Below are positions 21,284 through 30,529 of a DNA stretch of 50,791 nt, piece after piece; the first letter of the stretch is position 1; the number at the start of each line of letters is the position of its first letter. Both the position numbers and the translations under genes were made by a program. Under the pieces are notes generated by a model. It was given only the letters and a program-made list of their open reading frames with translations. It did no database searches and was not told the DNA's origin. Source of the stretch: Anaerolineae bacterium (GTDB taxonomy: Bacteria; Chloroflexota; Anaerolineae; S140-20); the NCBI GenBank assembly GCA_027021705.1, contig JALUTT010000050.1:1-50791 (forward strand), written 5' to 3'.

Positions 21284-21312
21284 TTGTCAATCGTTGACGA
21301 ATCCGGTATAAT
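21284..21312 (+). promoter_or_regulatory. sigma70 promoter of tRNA-Pro
   Basis: TTGTCA-17bp-TATAAT ending 12 bp upstream of the tRNA. Confidence 0.75.
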
Positions 21313-21324
21313 ACCTCCGACTGT

Positions 21325-21402
21325 CGGGGCGTGGCGCAGCTCGGTCAGCGCGCACGGTTCGGGTCCGTGAGGTCGGCGGTTCAAATCCGCCCGCCCCGAC
21401 CA
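21325..21402 (+). tRNA. tRNA-Pro (anticodon CGG)
   Basis: CGGGGCG/CGCCCCG acceptor stem, CACGG-TTCGGGT-CCGTG anticodon arm, GGTTCAAATCC T-arm, encoded CCA. Confidence 0.97.
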
Positions 21403-21409
21403 AACTCCG

Positions 21410-21462
21410 ACCGCAGACATCCGGGTGAGGGATCACCCGCCAGATGTCTGCGGTTTCGTTTT
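21410..21462 (+). terminator. Terminator hairpin after the tRNA
   Basis: accgcagacatc...gatgtctgcggt stem with inner cgggtga/tcacccg, followed by ttcgtttt. Confidence 0.7.
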
Positions 21463-21496
21463 GGGAAGCCAGGACCTCTAGGGCAGGGGATCGCGC

Positions 21497-22159
21497 TCAC
21501 GGGTTGATCTGGAGGTAGCTGGCTGCCACCCATCCCTCTCGACCGTCCTCGGTGCGCACCTGCTGCCAGAGGGTGCCATCCACTTCCTGCTGTCCCTCCA
21601 GGAGTTGCACCACAGTGCCCTCGGGAAGCACGATGAGGGTCTCGCCGCTGAAGCCAGGGGCAGCCCGCAGCCACAGGCCACCGCCGGCCGTCCCCGTCAC
21701 GACTCCGGTGGGCACCCGGGTCGGCGTGGGGGAGACGGGGGGGGGAGGGCCGGCCGTTGGGGTAGGCTGAGGGGCCACGGGGGTGACTTCCGGCGTCGAA
21801 GGGGCTGCCGGCGTGTTGGTGGCTTCGATGACGACGGGGGGCGGCAGGGTCGCGGTCCCCTGCTGAACCGGTGCGCCGGACGTCGGCGCGGGGGGCTGGG
21901 CCTGGCCTTCCCCTGCGGCCTCTCCCCCTCCCAGGCTGGAGAGGCCGAAGACGAGGAGAGCCAGCAGCGCCAGGCCAAAGAGCCGATACAGGTAGCCAAT
22001 GATCTCCACCCGCGCCATGTCCCGCTCGACACCGAAGAAGGCCTTCCGAGACGTCCGCCAGGATTGGTAGGCTTGCCAGCCGAAGTAGAGTCCACCTACC
22101 AGGCAGGCGGCGTAGACGTAGAGGGCAAAGCGCGAGACAAAATCTGAGATCGCCGACAT
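21497..22159 (-). CDS. Membrane protein with Pro/Thr-rich linker and C-terminal bacterial SH3 domain
   Basis: Two TM helices, a PT-rich linker, and LWLRAAPG...WQQVRTEDGREGWVAASYL. Confidence 0.85.
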   Translation of the reverse strand: MSAISDFVSRFALYVYAACLVGGLYFGWQAYQSWRTSRKAFFGVERDMARVEIIGYLYRLFGLALLALLVFGLSSLGGGEAAGEGQAQPPAPTSGAPVQQGTATLPPPVVIEATNTPAAPSTPEVTPVAPQPTPTAGPPPPVSPTPTRVPTGVVTGTAGGGLWLRAAPGFSGETLIVLPEGTVVQLLEGQQEVDGTLWQQVRTEDGREGWVAASYLQINP

Positions 22160-22160
22160 G

Positions 22161-23627
22161 TTATTGCTCCGCCTCCGCTCTTCCATCTGCTTGCTTGGCC
22201 TGCTGCCAAAGCGCTTCCAGTTCGTCCAGGTCCATCGCTTTCATATCTAGACCCAGCTCTCGGACCCGCGCCTCCATCCAGCGGAAGCGCCGGGCAAACC
22301 GGGCGTTCGCCTCCCGCAGCGCAGCCTCCGGGTCCACGTCCAGCCAGCGGGCCCAGTTGACGACGGCGAAGAGGAGGTCGCCCAGCTCCCTGGCCCGGCT
22401 CTCCGGGTCGGAGGCGGTTGCCACCTCCTCGATTTCCTCGCGAATCTTGTCCACCACGCCGTCCACCTGCGTCCAGTCGAAGCCCACCCGTGCCGCCCGC
22501 CGCCCGTAGGTGTAGGCCATCGTGAGGGCGGGCAGGGCCTTGGGCACGCCGTCCAGCACCGATGCGGGACGCCCTTCGTTAGCCTTCTCCGCCTGCTTCA
22601 GCGCCTCCCAGTTCCGCAACACCTCTTCGACGCCGGAGACGGCTCGCTCTCCCCAGACGTGGGGATGTCGCCGCTTGATCTTGGCGTCCACCCCGGCGAT
22701 GACCTCGGCCATAGTGAACTCCCCGGCTTCGACGGCGATCTGGCTGTGCATCACCACCTGGAGCAGCAGGTCGCCCAGCTCCTCGCGCAGGGCGGCCACG
22801 TCGTCCCGATCCAAGGCGTCCACCACCTCGTAGACCTCCTCCAGCAGCCCGCTGCGCAGGCTCTGGTGGGTCTGCTCCCGATCCCAGGGGCAGCCGTCGG
22901 GAGCCCGCAGGTGGGCCACGGTATCCTGGAACCCCTCGAAGCTGCTGGTCGCCGGCAGCGGGGGCACGTAGAGGGTTGTCAGGTGGTCTATCTCCTCCCG
23001 CCGGTCCAGTTCGTAGAGGGGGCAGGAGATCAGGCGCTCCTGGGGGGTGCCGGCGGCCAGCACCAACGTCACCGGATGATCGGCCGGGTACTGGTTCATC
23101 AGGGTGAGCTTGACGTCGGCGGCCAGGTGGCGGTCGTAGAGCTGGGCCACCAGCGCCGGAACGTCCGGGTTCAGCGGTGGATGGTAGCGGGCTGCCAGTT
23201 CGACGGCGTCGCAAAGCTGCAGCCCCTCCAGGGGGTCCAGCCGCAGGGCCGTCAGGACGGGCTCCAGGAAGCTGAGGCCGGCCACGATGCGCACGGAGAG
23301 GTGGGCTTCGGCAGCGCCGGTCAGGATGCGGCTGACGGAGGCCTCGCCCACCAGCGGGTGGCCTGGCACGGCGTAGATGATCCCCTCGGGACGCCGTCCC
23401 AGGGCCAGCACTTCGGCGGCGATGGTGGTGTAGAGTTCGCCGAAGTCCTCGGCCTCCTCGTAGAGGTGATCGAAGCTGTGCAAGACCAGGTGGTCGGGGA
23501 GGTGAGGTACCGTGGGATGGCGGCGCGTGCGCAGGTAGACTTCCTGGGCGGCCTCCAACACCTCCCACGCTTCGCGAGTCAACTGTGTCGGGTCCCCTGG
23601 TCCGAGACCGACGATGGTGATGCTCAT
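22161..23627 (-). CDS. mazG: YabN-type tetrapyrrole-methylase-like/MazG nucleoside triphosphate pyrophosphohydrolase
   Basis: ITIVGLGPG, YAVPGHP, GCPWDREQTH, EELGDLLLQ, RRHPHV, ELGDLLF. Confidence 0.93.
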   Translation of the reverse strand: MSITIVGLGPGDPTQLTREAWEVLEAAQEVYLRTRRHPTVPHLPDHLVLHSFDHLYEEAEDFGELYTTIAAEVLALGRRPEGIIYAVPGHPLVGEASVSRILTGAAEAHLSVRIVAGLSFLEPVLTALRLDPLEGLQLCDAVELAARYHPPLNPDVPALVAQLYDRHLAADVKLTLMNQYPADHPVTLVLAAGTPQERLISCPLYELDRREEIDHLTTLYVPPLPATSSFEGFQDTVAHLRAPDGCPWDREQTHQSLRSGLLEEVYEVVDALDRDDVAALREELGDLLLQVVMHSQIAVEAGEFTMAEVIAGVDAKIKRRHPHVWGERAVSGVEEVLRNWEALKQAEKANEGRPASVLDGVPKALPALTMAYTYGRRAARVGFDWTQVDGVVDKIREEIEEVATASDPESRARELGDLLFAVVNWARWLDVDPEAALREANARFARRFRWMEARVRELGLDMKAMDLDELEALWQQAKQADGRAEAEQ

Positions 23628-23671
23628 CGTCTGTCCAGCCCCCTCCCTCGGCGTGTTGGCGAGCGTTCCGC

Positions 23672-23790
23672 GTACCGTTCACCCTCCCGCAGGTTAGGCG
23701 CGTTTCCGACGCGAAACCGTGCTTCAAATAGCCCAGGGACTGAAGGTGCCCTCGACCGGTGACCTGCGAGAGGGTAGGCTGAATAGATAC
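23672..23790 (+). mobile_element. MITE copy 3 (8-bp TSD)
   Basis: GTACCGTTCA...TGAATAGATAC flanked by CGTTCCGC (23664-23671 and 23791-23798). Confidence 0.85.
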
Positions 23791-23881
23791 CGTTCCGCCT
23801 TGACTTTGCCTGGAGGTGCCCGGCGCCGTTCGCGGTCTGGAGTGCCGGGCCCTCGAAGTGGTCGTCGCCCTGACCGTCAGA

Positions 23882-23910
23882 ATTGTACTCCAGGATGCCA
23901 GAACACGCAA
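23882..23910 (-). promoter_or_regulatory. sigma70 promoter for mazG
   Basis: TTGCGT-17bp-TACAAT on the minus strand. Confidence 0.55.
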
Positions 23911-23992
23911 GGTGCAGGTGGACGTGGGGCTGGAAGAGCAAGGCGTATCCTTTCCCCTGGTCGGGTGTTGTATAGACCATCAGAAGGGCCTG

Positions 23993-24021
23993 TTGCGTGC
24001 CCTCCGATGTTGCCGTATAAT
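23993..24021 (+). promoter_or_regulatory. sigma70 promoter for fabF-fabH
   Basis: TTGCGT-17bp-TATAAT. Confidence 0.7.
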
Positions 24022-24069
24022 TCCCGGCAATGGGGACGCGCGTCCCCTTGTCCGAAGAGAGAAGCCTTC

Positions 24070-24177
24070 GTAGCTGTTCACCCTCCCGCAGGTTAGGCGC
24101 GTTTTCGACGCGAAACCGTGTCGGGGATGAGAGCGCCCTCGACCGGTGACCTGCGGGAGGGTGGGCTGAATAGATAC
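24070..24177 (+). mobile_element. MITE copy 4 (internal deletion of about 14 bp; TSD 7/8 match)
   Basis: GTAGCTGTTCA...TGAATAGATAC flanked by AAGCCTTC and AAGCTTTC. Confidence 0.85.
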
Positions 24178-24206
24178 AAGCTTTCTACGTGGGAGGAGAT
24201 CTGACT

Positions 24207-25448
24207 GTGGGCAGGATACGCGTTGTGGTCACCGGATTGGGAACCATCAATCCGCTGGGACACGATGTGGCGACCACCTGGGAGGCCCTGGTGGCCGGCC
24301 GCTCGGGGGTAGACTACATCACCCTCTTCGACCCCAGCCCCTACCAGACCCGCTTCGCGGGGGAGGTGAAGGGGTTCGACGCTCAAGCACTTCTGGGGCG
24401 CAAGGAGGCCCGACGGCTGGACCGCTTCGCCCAGTTTGCGATGGTGGCGGCCCGCCAGGCCGTCGCCGATGCCGGCCTGATCGAGGACGGCGTCCCGCCG
24501 GAGCGGATCGGCGTTGTCTTCGGCTCCGGGGTGGGGGGGATCGGCACGATTATGGACCAACACCAGGTGCTGTTGAAGCGGGGACCCCGTCGCATCAGCC
24601 CCTTCTTCATCCCGATGATGCTGGCGGACACCGCGCCGGCCCAGATTGCCATCACCTACGGCTTCCGAGGTCCCAATATGGTGGTCGCCACTGCCTGTGC
24701 CAGCGGGACCAATGCGGTGGGCGAGGCGATGGAGTTGATCCGCCGGGGGGTGGCCGACGTGGTGGTTGCCGGCGGGGCCGAGGCGGCCATCGTCCCCATC
24801 GCCCTGGCCGGCTTCAACGTGATGGGAGCCCTCTCGACCCACAATGAGGACCCCGCCGGGGCTTGTCGCCCCTTCGACGCCGAGCGGGATGGCTTCGTGA
24901 TGGGCGAGGGCGCGGCGGTGCTGGTGCTGGAGCGGCTGGAGCACGCCCAGGCCCGAGGGGCGACCATCTATGCCGAGGTGCTGGGCTACGGCGCCTCGGC
25001 CGACGCCTACCATCTGGCTGCTCCAGAGGAGACAGGGGGCGGCGCAGCGCTGGCGATGCAGGCGGCGCTGGAGAGCGCCGGCATCCCACCTACCGCTGTG
25101 GACTATGTCAACGCCCACGGCACCGGGACGGTGCTCAACGACAAGAGCGAGACGCGGGCTATCAAGGCCGTCTTCGGTGACCACGCTTATCGGCTGGCGA
25201 TCAGTGCGACCAAGTCTATGACCGGTCACCTGCTGGGGGCGGCCGGGGCCCTGGAGGCGCTCATCTGCGTGAAGACCCTCCAGGAGGGCATCATCCCGCC
25301 CACCATCAACTACCGGACCCCGGACCCTGAGTGCGACCTGGATTACGTTCCCAACGAGGCCCGTCCGGCCCCGGTGGAGATTGCTCTCTCCAACTCCTTC
25401 GGCTTCGGCGGTCACAATGCTTCGCTGATCCTGGCGCGTTGGGAGTGA
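24207..25448 (+). CDS. fabF: Beta-ketoacyl-ACP synthase II
   Basis: RVVVTGLG, TACASG, NAHGTGT, KSMTGHLLGAAG, SNSFGFGGHN; RBS GGAGGAG before the GTG. Confidence 0.95.
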   Translation: MGRIRVVVTGLGTINPLGHDVATTWEALVAGRSGVDYITLFDPSPYQTRFAGEVKGFDAQALLGRKEARRLDRFAQFAMVAARQAVADAGLIEDGVPPERIGVVFGSGVGGIGTIMDQHQVLLKRGPRRISPFFIPMMLADTAPAQIAITYGFRGPNMVVATACASGTNAVGEAMELIRRGVADVVVAGGAEAAIVPIALAGFNVMGALSTHNEDPAGACRPFDAERDGFVMGEGAAVLVLERLEHAQARGATIYAEVLGYGASADAYHLAAPEETGGGAALAMQAALESAGIPPTAVDYVNAHGTGTVLNDKSETRAIKAVFGDHAYRLAISATKSMTGHLLGAAGALEALICVKTLQEGIIPPTINYRTPDPECDLDYVPNEARPAPVEIALSNSFGFGGHNASLILARWE

Positions 25449-25452
25449 GACG

Positions 25453-26598
25453 ATGGCGGCGAATCAGCGTTACGTCCATATCGTGGGCTGGGGGATGGAA
25501 GTTCCTGAGCGCCGGTTGACCAACGCCGACCTGGAGCGGATGGTGGAGACGTCGGACGAGTGGATCACGACGCGGACGGGGATCAAGGAGCGGCGCATCG
25601 CCAGGGAGGGGGAGACGACGGCGACCTTGGCCCTGGGCGCGGCTCGCAAGGCCCTCCAGAAGGCGGGGGTCTCCCCGGCCGACCTGGACCTGATTATCGT
25701 CGCCTCGGCGACACCGGAACACGCTTTCCCGGCCACCGCCTGCCTGGTGCAGGATGCCCTGGGGGCCGACCGAGCCGGGGCCTTCGACCTGAGCGCCGCC
25801 TGCTCCGGCTTCCTCTACGGCCTCTGCCTGGCCAGCCAGGCTATCCGCACCGGGGCCATCGAGACGGCGCTGGTCATCGGCTCGGAGACCCTCTCGCGCA
25901 TTGTGGATTGGAAGGACCGCAACACCTGTGTCCTCTTCGGCGATGGCGCGGGGGCGGTGGTGCTGACCGCCCGTCCGGAGCCCGGCGGCGTCCTCGCCTG
26001 TACAATGCGGGCCGATGGTTCCGGCGGCCCCCTTCTGGAGTTACCGGCCGGGGGAAGCCGCTATCCCACCAGCCTGGAGACGCTGGCTCACAACATGCAC
26101 ACCATCAAGATGAAGGGGCGGGAGATCTTCCGCTTCGCCGTGCGGGTGATGGCCGACGCCGCCCGCCACGTCGTCGAGGAGGCCGGGCTGACGATGGACG
26201 AGGTGGCCCTGCTGATCCCCCATCAGGCCAACCGGCGGATCATCGAGGCGGCGGCGAACCGGTTGAAGCTTCCTATGGAGCGGGTTTACCTGAACCTGGA
26301 CCGGTATGGGAACACCAGCAGCGCGTCCATCCCCATCGCGCTGACGGAGGCGGTGGAAGAAGGACGGCTGCGGCCTGGCGATCACGTGGTGATGGTGGCC
26401 TTCGGGGCGGGCCTGACCTGGGCGGGTGTCCTGGTTCAGTGGGCCGAGCTGCTGCCCGTGGCACCGCCCACACCTCGCCGCCGGCTGCGGGAGCGCACCC
26501 AGAGCCTGGTCGCCCGCATCCGCTCCTCCTGGCGCCGAACCCGTCGCTACGTCTGGGGGCTCGTCCGCCGTCTGCGGGGCGAGCCGCCGCTCTCGTAG
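25453..26598 (+). CDS. fabH: Beta-ketoacyl-ACP synthase III
   Basis: WITTRTGIKERR, AACSGF, LFGDGAGA, PHQANRRII, GNTSSASIP, FGAGLTW. Confidence 0.95.
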   Translation: MAANQRYVHIVGWGMEVPERRLTNADLERMVETSDEWITTRTGIKERRIAREGETTATLALGAARKALQKAGVSPADLDLIIVASATPEHAFPATACLVQDALGADRAGAFDLSAACSGFLYGLCLASQAIRTGAIETALVIGSETLSRIVDWKDRNTCVLFGDGAGAVVLTARPEPGGVLACTMRADGSGGPLLELPAGGSRYPTSLETLAHNMHTIKMKGREIFRFAVRVMADAARHVVEEAGLTMDEVALLIPHQANRRIIEAAANRLKLPMERVYLNLDRYGNTSSASIPIALTEAVEEGRLRPGDHVVMVAFGAGLTWAGVLVQWAELLPVAPPTPRRRLRERTQSLVARIRSSWRRTRRYVWGLVRRLRGEPPLS

Positions 26599-26973
26599 CC
26601 GGCGCCGGGGCCGGTGCGGTGATGGGGGGGATGGGACACAGATGCCCACGGATGCGACGGATGAACGCGGATTCTGTGGGAATATCTGTGCAAGCCTGTC
26701 GGGTCTGGGTTCATCTCTCGTGGTCAGCGCCGGGGCCGGTGTGGTGATGGGGGTGGATGGGACACAGATGCCCACGGATGCGACGGATGAACGCGGATTC
26801 TGTGGGAATATCTGTGCAAGCCCGTTGGGTCTGGGTTCATCTCTCGTGGTCAGCGCCGGGGCCGGTGCGGTGATGGGGGGGATGGGACACAGATGCCCAC
26901 GGGTGCGACGGATGAACGCGGATTCTGTGGGAATATCTGTGCAAGCCCGTCGGGTCTGGGTTCATCTGTGTCC
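26591..26973. repeat. Three tandem units of about 125-126 bp downstream of fabH
   Basis: gcgccggggccggtg recurs at 26602, 26727 and 26853; the last unit closes an inverted repeat ggacacagatg/catctgtgtcc. Confidence 0.9.
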
Positions 26974-27049
26974 TATCTTCGCCCTCGTGTCTAGGGGGGC
27001 AAACGGGTTCTATGAACGGATCACAGAACACGATGATGAAGAGGCAAAG

Positions 27050-28093
27050 ATGAATGAGTCAGTTCTCCGTTGGAAGGGACGCATTGGTGGTATGAAGAGG
27101 GTCGCGGGCCTAGTTCTGGTCTTCGCCCTCTCCTTGCTGGCCGTCGTCCTCGCCAACCTGTCTGTGGCGATGCGGAACCAAGACGGGCCAATGGAGGTGG
27201 AGATCGGGCAACTGGTAGGCGGTGAGATCGGGAACAACCGTTACGTCACTGTGTCGGGGATCGCCCTGTATCCGGCTGTCTATTACAGGACGGAGGATGG
27301 CCGGACGACGGCCGAGTACTTCTTCCTGGCCGACGCCCGGTCAGGCGATATGGTGCTGGTCCAGAGCTCTCGGCGGGTGCCTTCCGAGGAGCGGGCGGAA
27401 CTGGCGATCATCACAGGACTTACCCGCAGCACGAGCACGGACCTGCGCGAGCTCGTCGCTTCAGACCTGCCTGATCTCCGGAGCGCCGGTCTGAACACGA
27501 CGTCCGATCTCTACATCGGGATGGACCAGAGACCACCCGGTGTCGGGGTGAACCTAGCGCTTGCTGCGGGGCTGGCGCTGATCAGCCTGGCGAGTGTGGC
27601 TGCTTTCTTCTTCCCCAACGCGGTCTTCGCCCCGAAGCCCATTGACCCGGCGGCGGTGGCCGCGTCCCTGGGCAAAGCGGACGTCAGGGCGACGGGGCGC
27701 TTTCAGCGGCTCTCCAACGTCTCCCCGATCGTTGAGGTGGGCAAGGGCAGCCGTAAGTTCAAGAACGCTGCGGCCAACATCGTGTCGCTGGAAGGTCGGC
27801 GGTTGATGGTTTACATCCACCACATCCTGACGGTTCGGGTCTACGGCATTCCCTTGCGTCGGGTGGAGTCGGATTGGGGGGTGATCCTGGAGCCGCTCAA
27901 CGTGACGGCGGTCGAGACGGGCGTGCTGTACGGCTGGAGGGATCGTCCGGCGGTGCGGTTGCGCCACAAGGACGCGCAGGGGAAGCTTCAGACCCTCTTC
28001 GTCAGCTTCGACCACGCCGCTGCCCAGGAGGAGTTCGTCAACCTGCTGAAGGGGAAGGGGTTCCCGATCGGCAGCGGTTACGCCGCGCTCTGA
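27050..28093 (+). CDS. Hypothetical membrane protein
   Basis: Open frame with two hydrophobic segments and natural composition; start at 27050 or 27092. Confidence 0.7.
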   Translation: MNESVLRWKGRIGGMKRVAGLVLVFALSLLAVVLANLSVAMRNQDGPMEVEIGQLVGGEIGNNRYVTVSGIALYPAVYYRTEDGRTTAEYFFLADARSGDMVLVQSSRRVPSEERAELAIITGLTRSTSTDLRELVASDLPDLRSAGLNTTSDLYIGMDQRPPGVGVNLALAAGLALISLASVAAFFFPNAVFAPKPIDPAAVAASLGKADVRATGRFQRLSNVSPIVEVGKGSRKFKNAAANIVSLEGRRLMVYIHHILTVRVYGIPLRRVESDWGVILEPLNVTAVETGVLYGWRDRPAVRLRHKDAQGKLQTLFVSFDHAAAQEEFVNLLKGKGFPIGSGYAAL

Positions 28094-28113
28094 TCCGGCC
28101 GGGAGAGGCCACT

Positions 28114-30507
28114 CTACGAGTGCAGGACTTCGACGACACCCCGGCTCCCGTCCACGCGGAGGCGCTGGCCGGTGCGGAGGCGACGGGTGGCCTGGGGGAC
28201 GTTGAGGACGGCGGGCCGGCCGTATTCGCGGGCTAGGATCGCGCCGTGGGAGAGGATCCCTCCTCGTTCGGTGACCAGCCCCCCGGCGGTGAGGAGCAGC
28301 GGCGACCATCCCGGCGTGATGGCCGGGGCGACCAGGACCTCTCCGGGGCGGAGGGTTCGGGCTTCGTCCAGGTTGTGCACAACCCGGGCCGGTCCGACGA
28401 CCTGACCGGGACTGGCCGCCACCCCCTGCATCATCCGTCGGACCGCGATCTCCCAAGAAGTCGCCTCTTCACGAGCCTCCAGAGAGCCGTCGGGCCGCTG
28501 GCGCAGGACCGAAGGAGAGGGGAGGCCTCGGGCCTTGCGCCACTCCTCCAGGCGGTGGGCGATCCGTGCCCCCGCCTCGGCCGGCGGCAGGTTCCCCGCG
28601 ATTAGGGCCTCCACCTCTGCCTCGGTCAGGAAGAAGATCCCTCGGACCTCGGTCAGTCGCCCCACGGCGATCAACTGGCGGGCCTGGGCCAGGTAGTGGT
28701 CGCGTAGGTAGCTATAGGCCATCACGAAGTGGTACTTGAGGTTCTCCCGCAGTTGGGCGAAGCGGCGGGCGGTGGCAAGCAGGCGGCGGAAGAGCCAACG
28801 TTTCCCCAGGCCCAACTGGGCTTCCACCCGGGCGATGGCCGCTTCGACGGGGGAGGGGGGGGCGATGGTGGAGGGCTGTTCGCCCTCGGCGACCTGAGCC
28901 CGGAGCGCGGCCAGCACCGGCGTGGGATCGTCGCGCCAGCGGGGGGCGGCCAGCTCGAACTCCTGGGCGGCGCTGTGGCCGTGCTCTTCCAGGAAGCGCT
29001 GGAACTGCTCCCAGAAAGGCTGGGTGTGGGCGGTCGTCGTCAAGCGGTGGGATAGCTGGTCCACCGGAGTCTTGAGGATGATCTGGCGGAGGCGCGGGTC
29101 GTTCCGCGCCCGTCGGGCCAGGGTGGCCAGGGCGTGGCCGGCCTCGGCGCTGCGCACGCCCCTCAGCCCCGCCGTCAGGGCGGCAGCCGGGATCTCGCCG
29201 TCGGTCCAGCGGGCCAGCACCTTCTCCAGGGCCATGTGGAGCAGCTCTGCCATCACCGTCACCCCCAGGTGGGTGGCCATCGTCTGCTCGATGAGGCGGC
29301 GCCAGGTGGCGATCTCACAGCCTTGAGTACGGTAGGTTCGGATGGTCCGTATCTCCCGCCTGGCCTCGCTGGGCAGCCGGTAGAGCAGCCAGAGGGCCCG
29401 CAGGCCGGTGAGCATCAGGCGGGGCGCCGACCGCCAGGGGGTCTCGGAGACGTAGAAGCGACGGAGCATTGCCTGGAAGAGGGTCTGGTTGAAGTAGACC
29501 CGTCCGTAGAAGCGTCCGAAGAGGCCGGCTTGGGGGTAGTCGCCGATGCCCAGCCGGTGCAACAGGTGGGCGAAGGCCCGGTTGGTCAGGGGATCGAGGA
29601 CGGACCAGCTCAGGGGGGTCACCGGATCGGGCACGACCTCCCCCACGTTGTCGCGGGTCCAGAGGATGGACTCGGCCTCCTCGCTGCCGAGGACGGTGAT
29701 GGGGCGGGCCTGGAGCAGGTGGAGGCGGCCCTCCTCGTCCAGGGCCCACTCGATGTCCTGGGGGCTGTTGGCCCAACGGGCGACCCGCCAGGCCAGCTCG
29801 GCGACGGCCCGGATCTCGTCCGGCAGGTCTGGGTCGGGACGTGGCCCCTCGGGGCCCACCGGGACGGTGTAGCGGTCGGGTGTGGCCTGCCCTTGGACCA
29901 GGGCTTCGCCGCTCCCCTCGACGACCTCGATGGTGAGGCGGTCCTGCCGACCGGTGACGGGATCGGCGGTGAAGGCGACGCCGGCCCAGACGGCTCGGAC
30001 CATTGGCTGGAGGATGATGGCCATCGCCGGGGAGGTCACTTCCTCGTTCCGGTGCAGCCGGTAGTGCACCGCCTCTTTGTTCCAGAGGGAGGCCCAGCAT
30101 CCCCGTATCGCCGTCAGCAGCGCGTGGAAGTCGCCCACATCCAGGAAGGTATCGTGCTGACCGGCGAAGGAGGCCCGGTCGCTGTCCTCGCCTAGGGCGG
30201 AGGAACGGACGGCGATGGGGTGGGGGAGTTCGTCCCACGCCTGTCGAAGGGCCTGCACCAGCGCCGGTGGGACCTCGGCCGTGAGGATGGCCTGCCAGAG
30301 GGCGTAGGTGGTGGTTTGGGGGTGGGTGAGCAGGCTCTCGAGGCCGCAGGCGTCCAGGAAGTCCTGATAGGCGCTGGCGGGGATGATCAGGCCGGGGGGG
30401 ACGGGAAAGCCGGCCTGGTAGAGGCGGGCCAGGGTGTACCCTTTGCTTCCCACCTCAGCCCGATGGGCCTCGGTGATCTCCTCAAAGCGGAGCCGGTACT
30501 GTGGCAT
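28114..30507 (-). CDS. PEP-utilising enzyme (ATP-grasp PEP/pyruvate-binding domain plus C-terminal mobile His domain; RPH/PigC-like architecture)
   Basis: AVRSSALGED...SFAGQHDT, DIEWA, LQARPIT, GGILSHGAILAREYGRPAV; alternative start at 30552. Confidence 0.9.
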   Translation of the reverse strand: MPQYRLRFEEITEAHRAEVGSKGYTLARLYQAGFPVPPGLIIPASAYQDFLDACGLESLLTHPQTTTYALWQAILTAEVPPALVQALRQAWDELPHPIAVRSSALGEDSDRASFAGQHDTFLDVGDFHALLTAIRGCWASLWNKEAVHYRLHRNEEVTSPAMAIILQPMVRAVWAGVAFTADPVTGRQDRLTIEVVEGSGEALVQGQATPDRYTVPVGPEGPRPDPDLPDEIRAVAELAWRVARWANSPQDIEWALDEEGRLHLLQARPITVLGSEEAESILWTRDNVGEVVPDPVTPLSWSVLDPLTNRAFAHLLHRLGIGDYPQAGLFGRFYGRVYFNQTLFQAMLRRFYVSETPWRSAPRLMLTGLRALWLLYRLPSEARREIRTIRTYRTQGCEIATWRRLIEQTMATHLGVTVMAELLHMALEKVLARWTDGEIPAAALTAGLRGVRSAEAGHALATLARRARNDPRLRQIILKTPVDQLSHRLTTTAHTQPFWEQFQRFLEEHGHSAAQEFELAAPRWRDDPTPVLAALRAQVAEGEQPSTIAPPSPVEAAIARVEAQLGLGKRWLFRRLLATARRFAQLRENLKYHFVMAYSYLRDHYLAQARQLIAVGRLTEVRGIFFLTEAEVEALIAGNLPPAEAGARIAHRLEEWRKARGLPSPSVLRQRPDGSLEAREEATSWEIAVRRMMQGVAASPGQVVGPARVVHNLDEARTLRPGEVLVAPAITPGWSPLLLTAGGLVTERGGILSHGAILAREYGRPAVLNVPQATRRLRTGQRLRVDGSRGVVEVLHS

Positions 30508-30529
30508 CCTCTTCCACTCCTCCTCCCCT

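Noticed and set aside
21325..21402. tRNA-Pro as an island integration site
   Set aside because: No duplicated tRNA 3' end and no integrase were seen in the window.
23624..24096. Small ORFs or an ncRNA between mazG and fabF
   Set aside because: The region is explained by two divergent promoters and two MITE copies; the hairpin at about 23818-23851 alone does not support an RNA gene.
26426..27049. N-terminal extension of the 555-aa ORF through the 126-bp repeats
   Set aside because: It overlaps fabH and the repeat changes frame between units 2 and 3; the real start is probably 27050 or 27092.
28114..30507. Calling the PEP-utilising gene ppsA or rph
   Set aside because: The domain order does not match canonical PEP synthase, and rifampin specificity cannot be shown from sequence alone.
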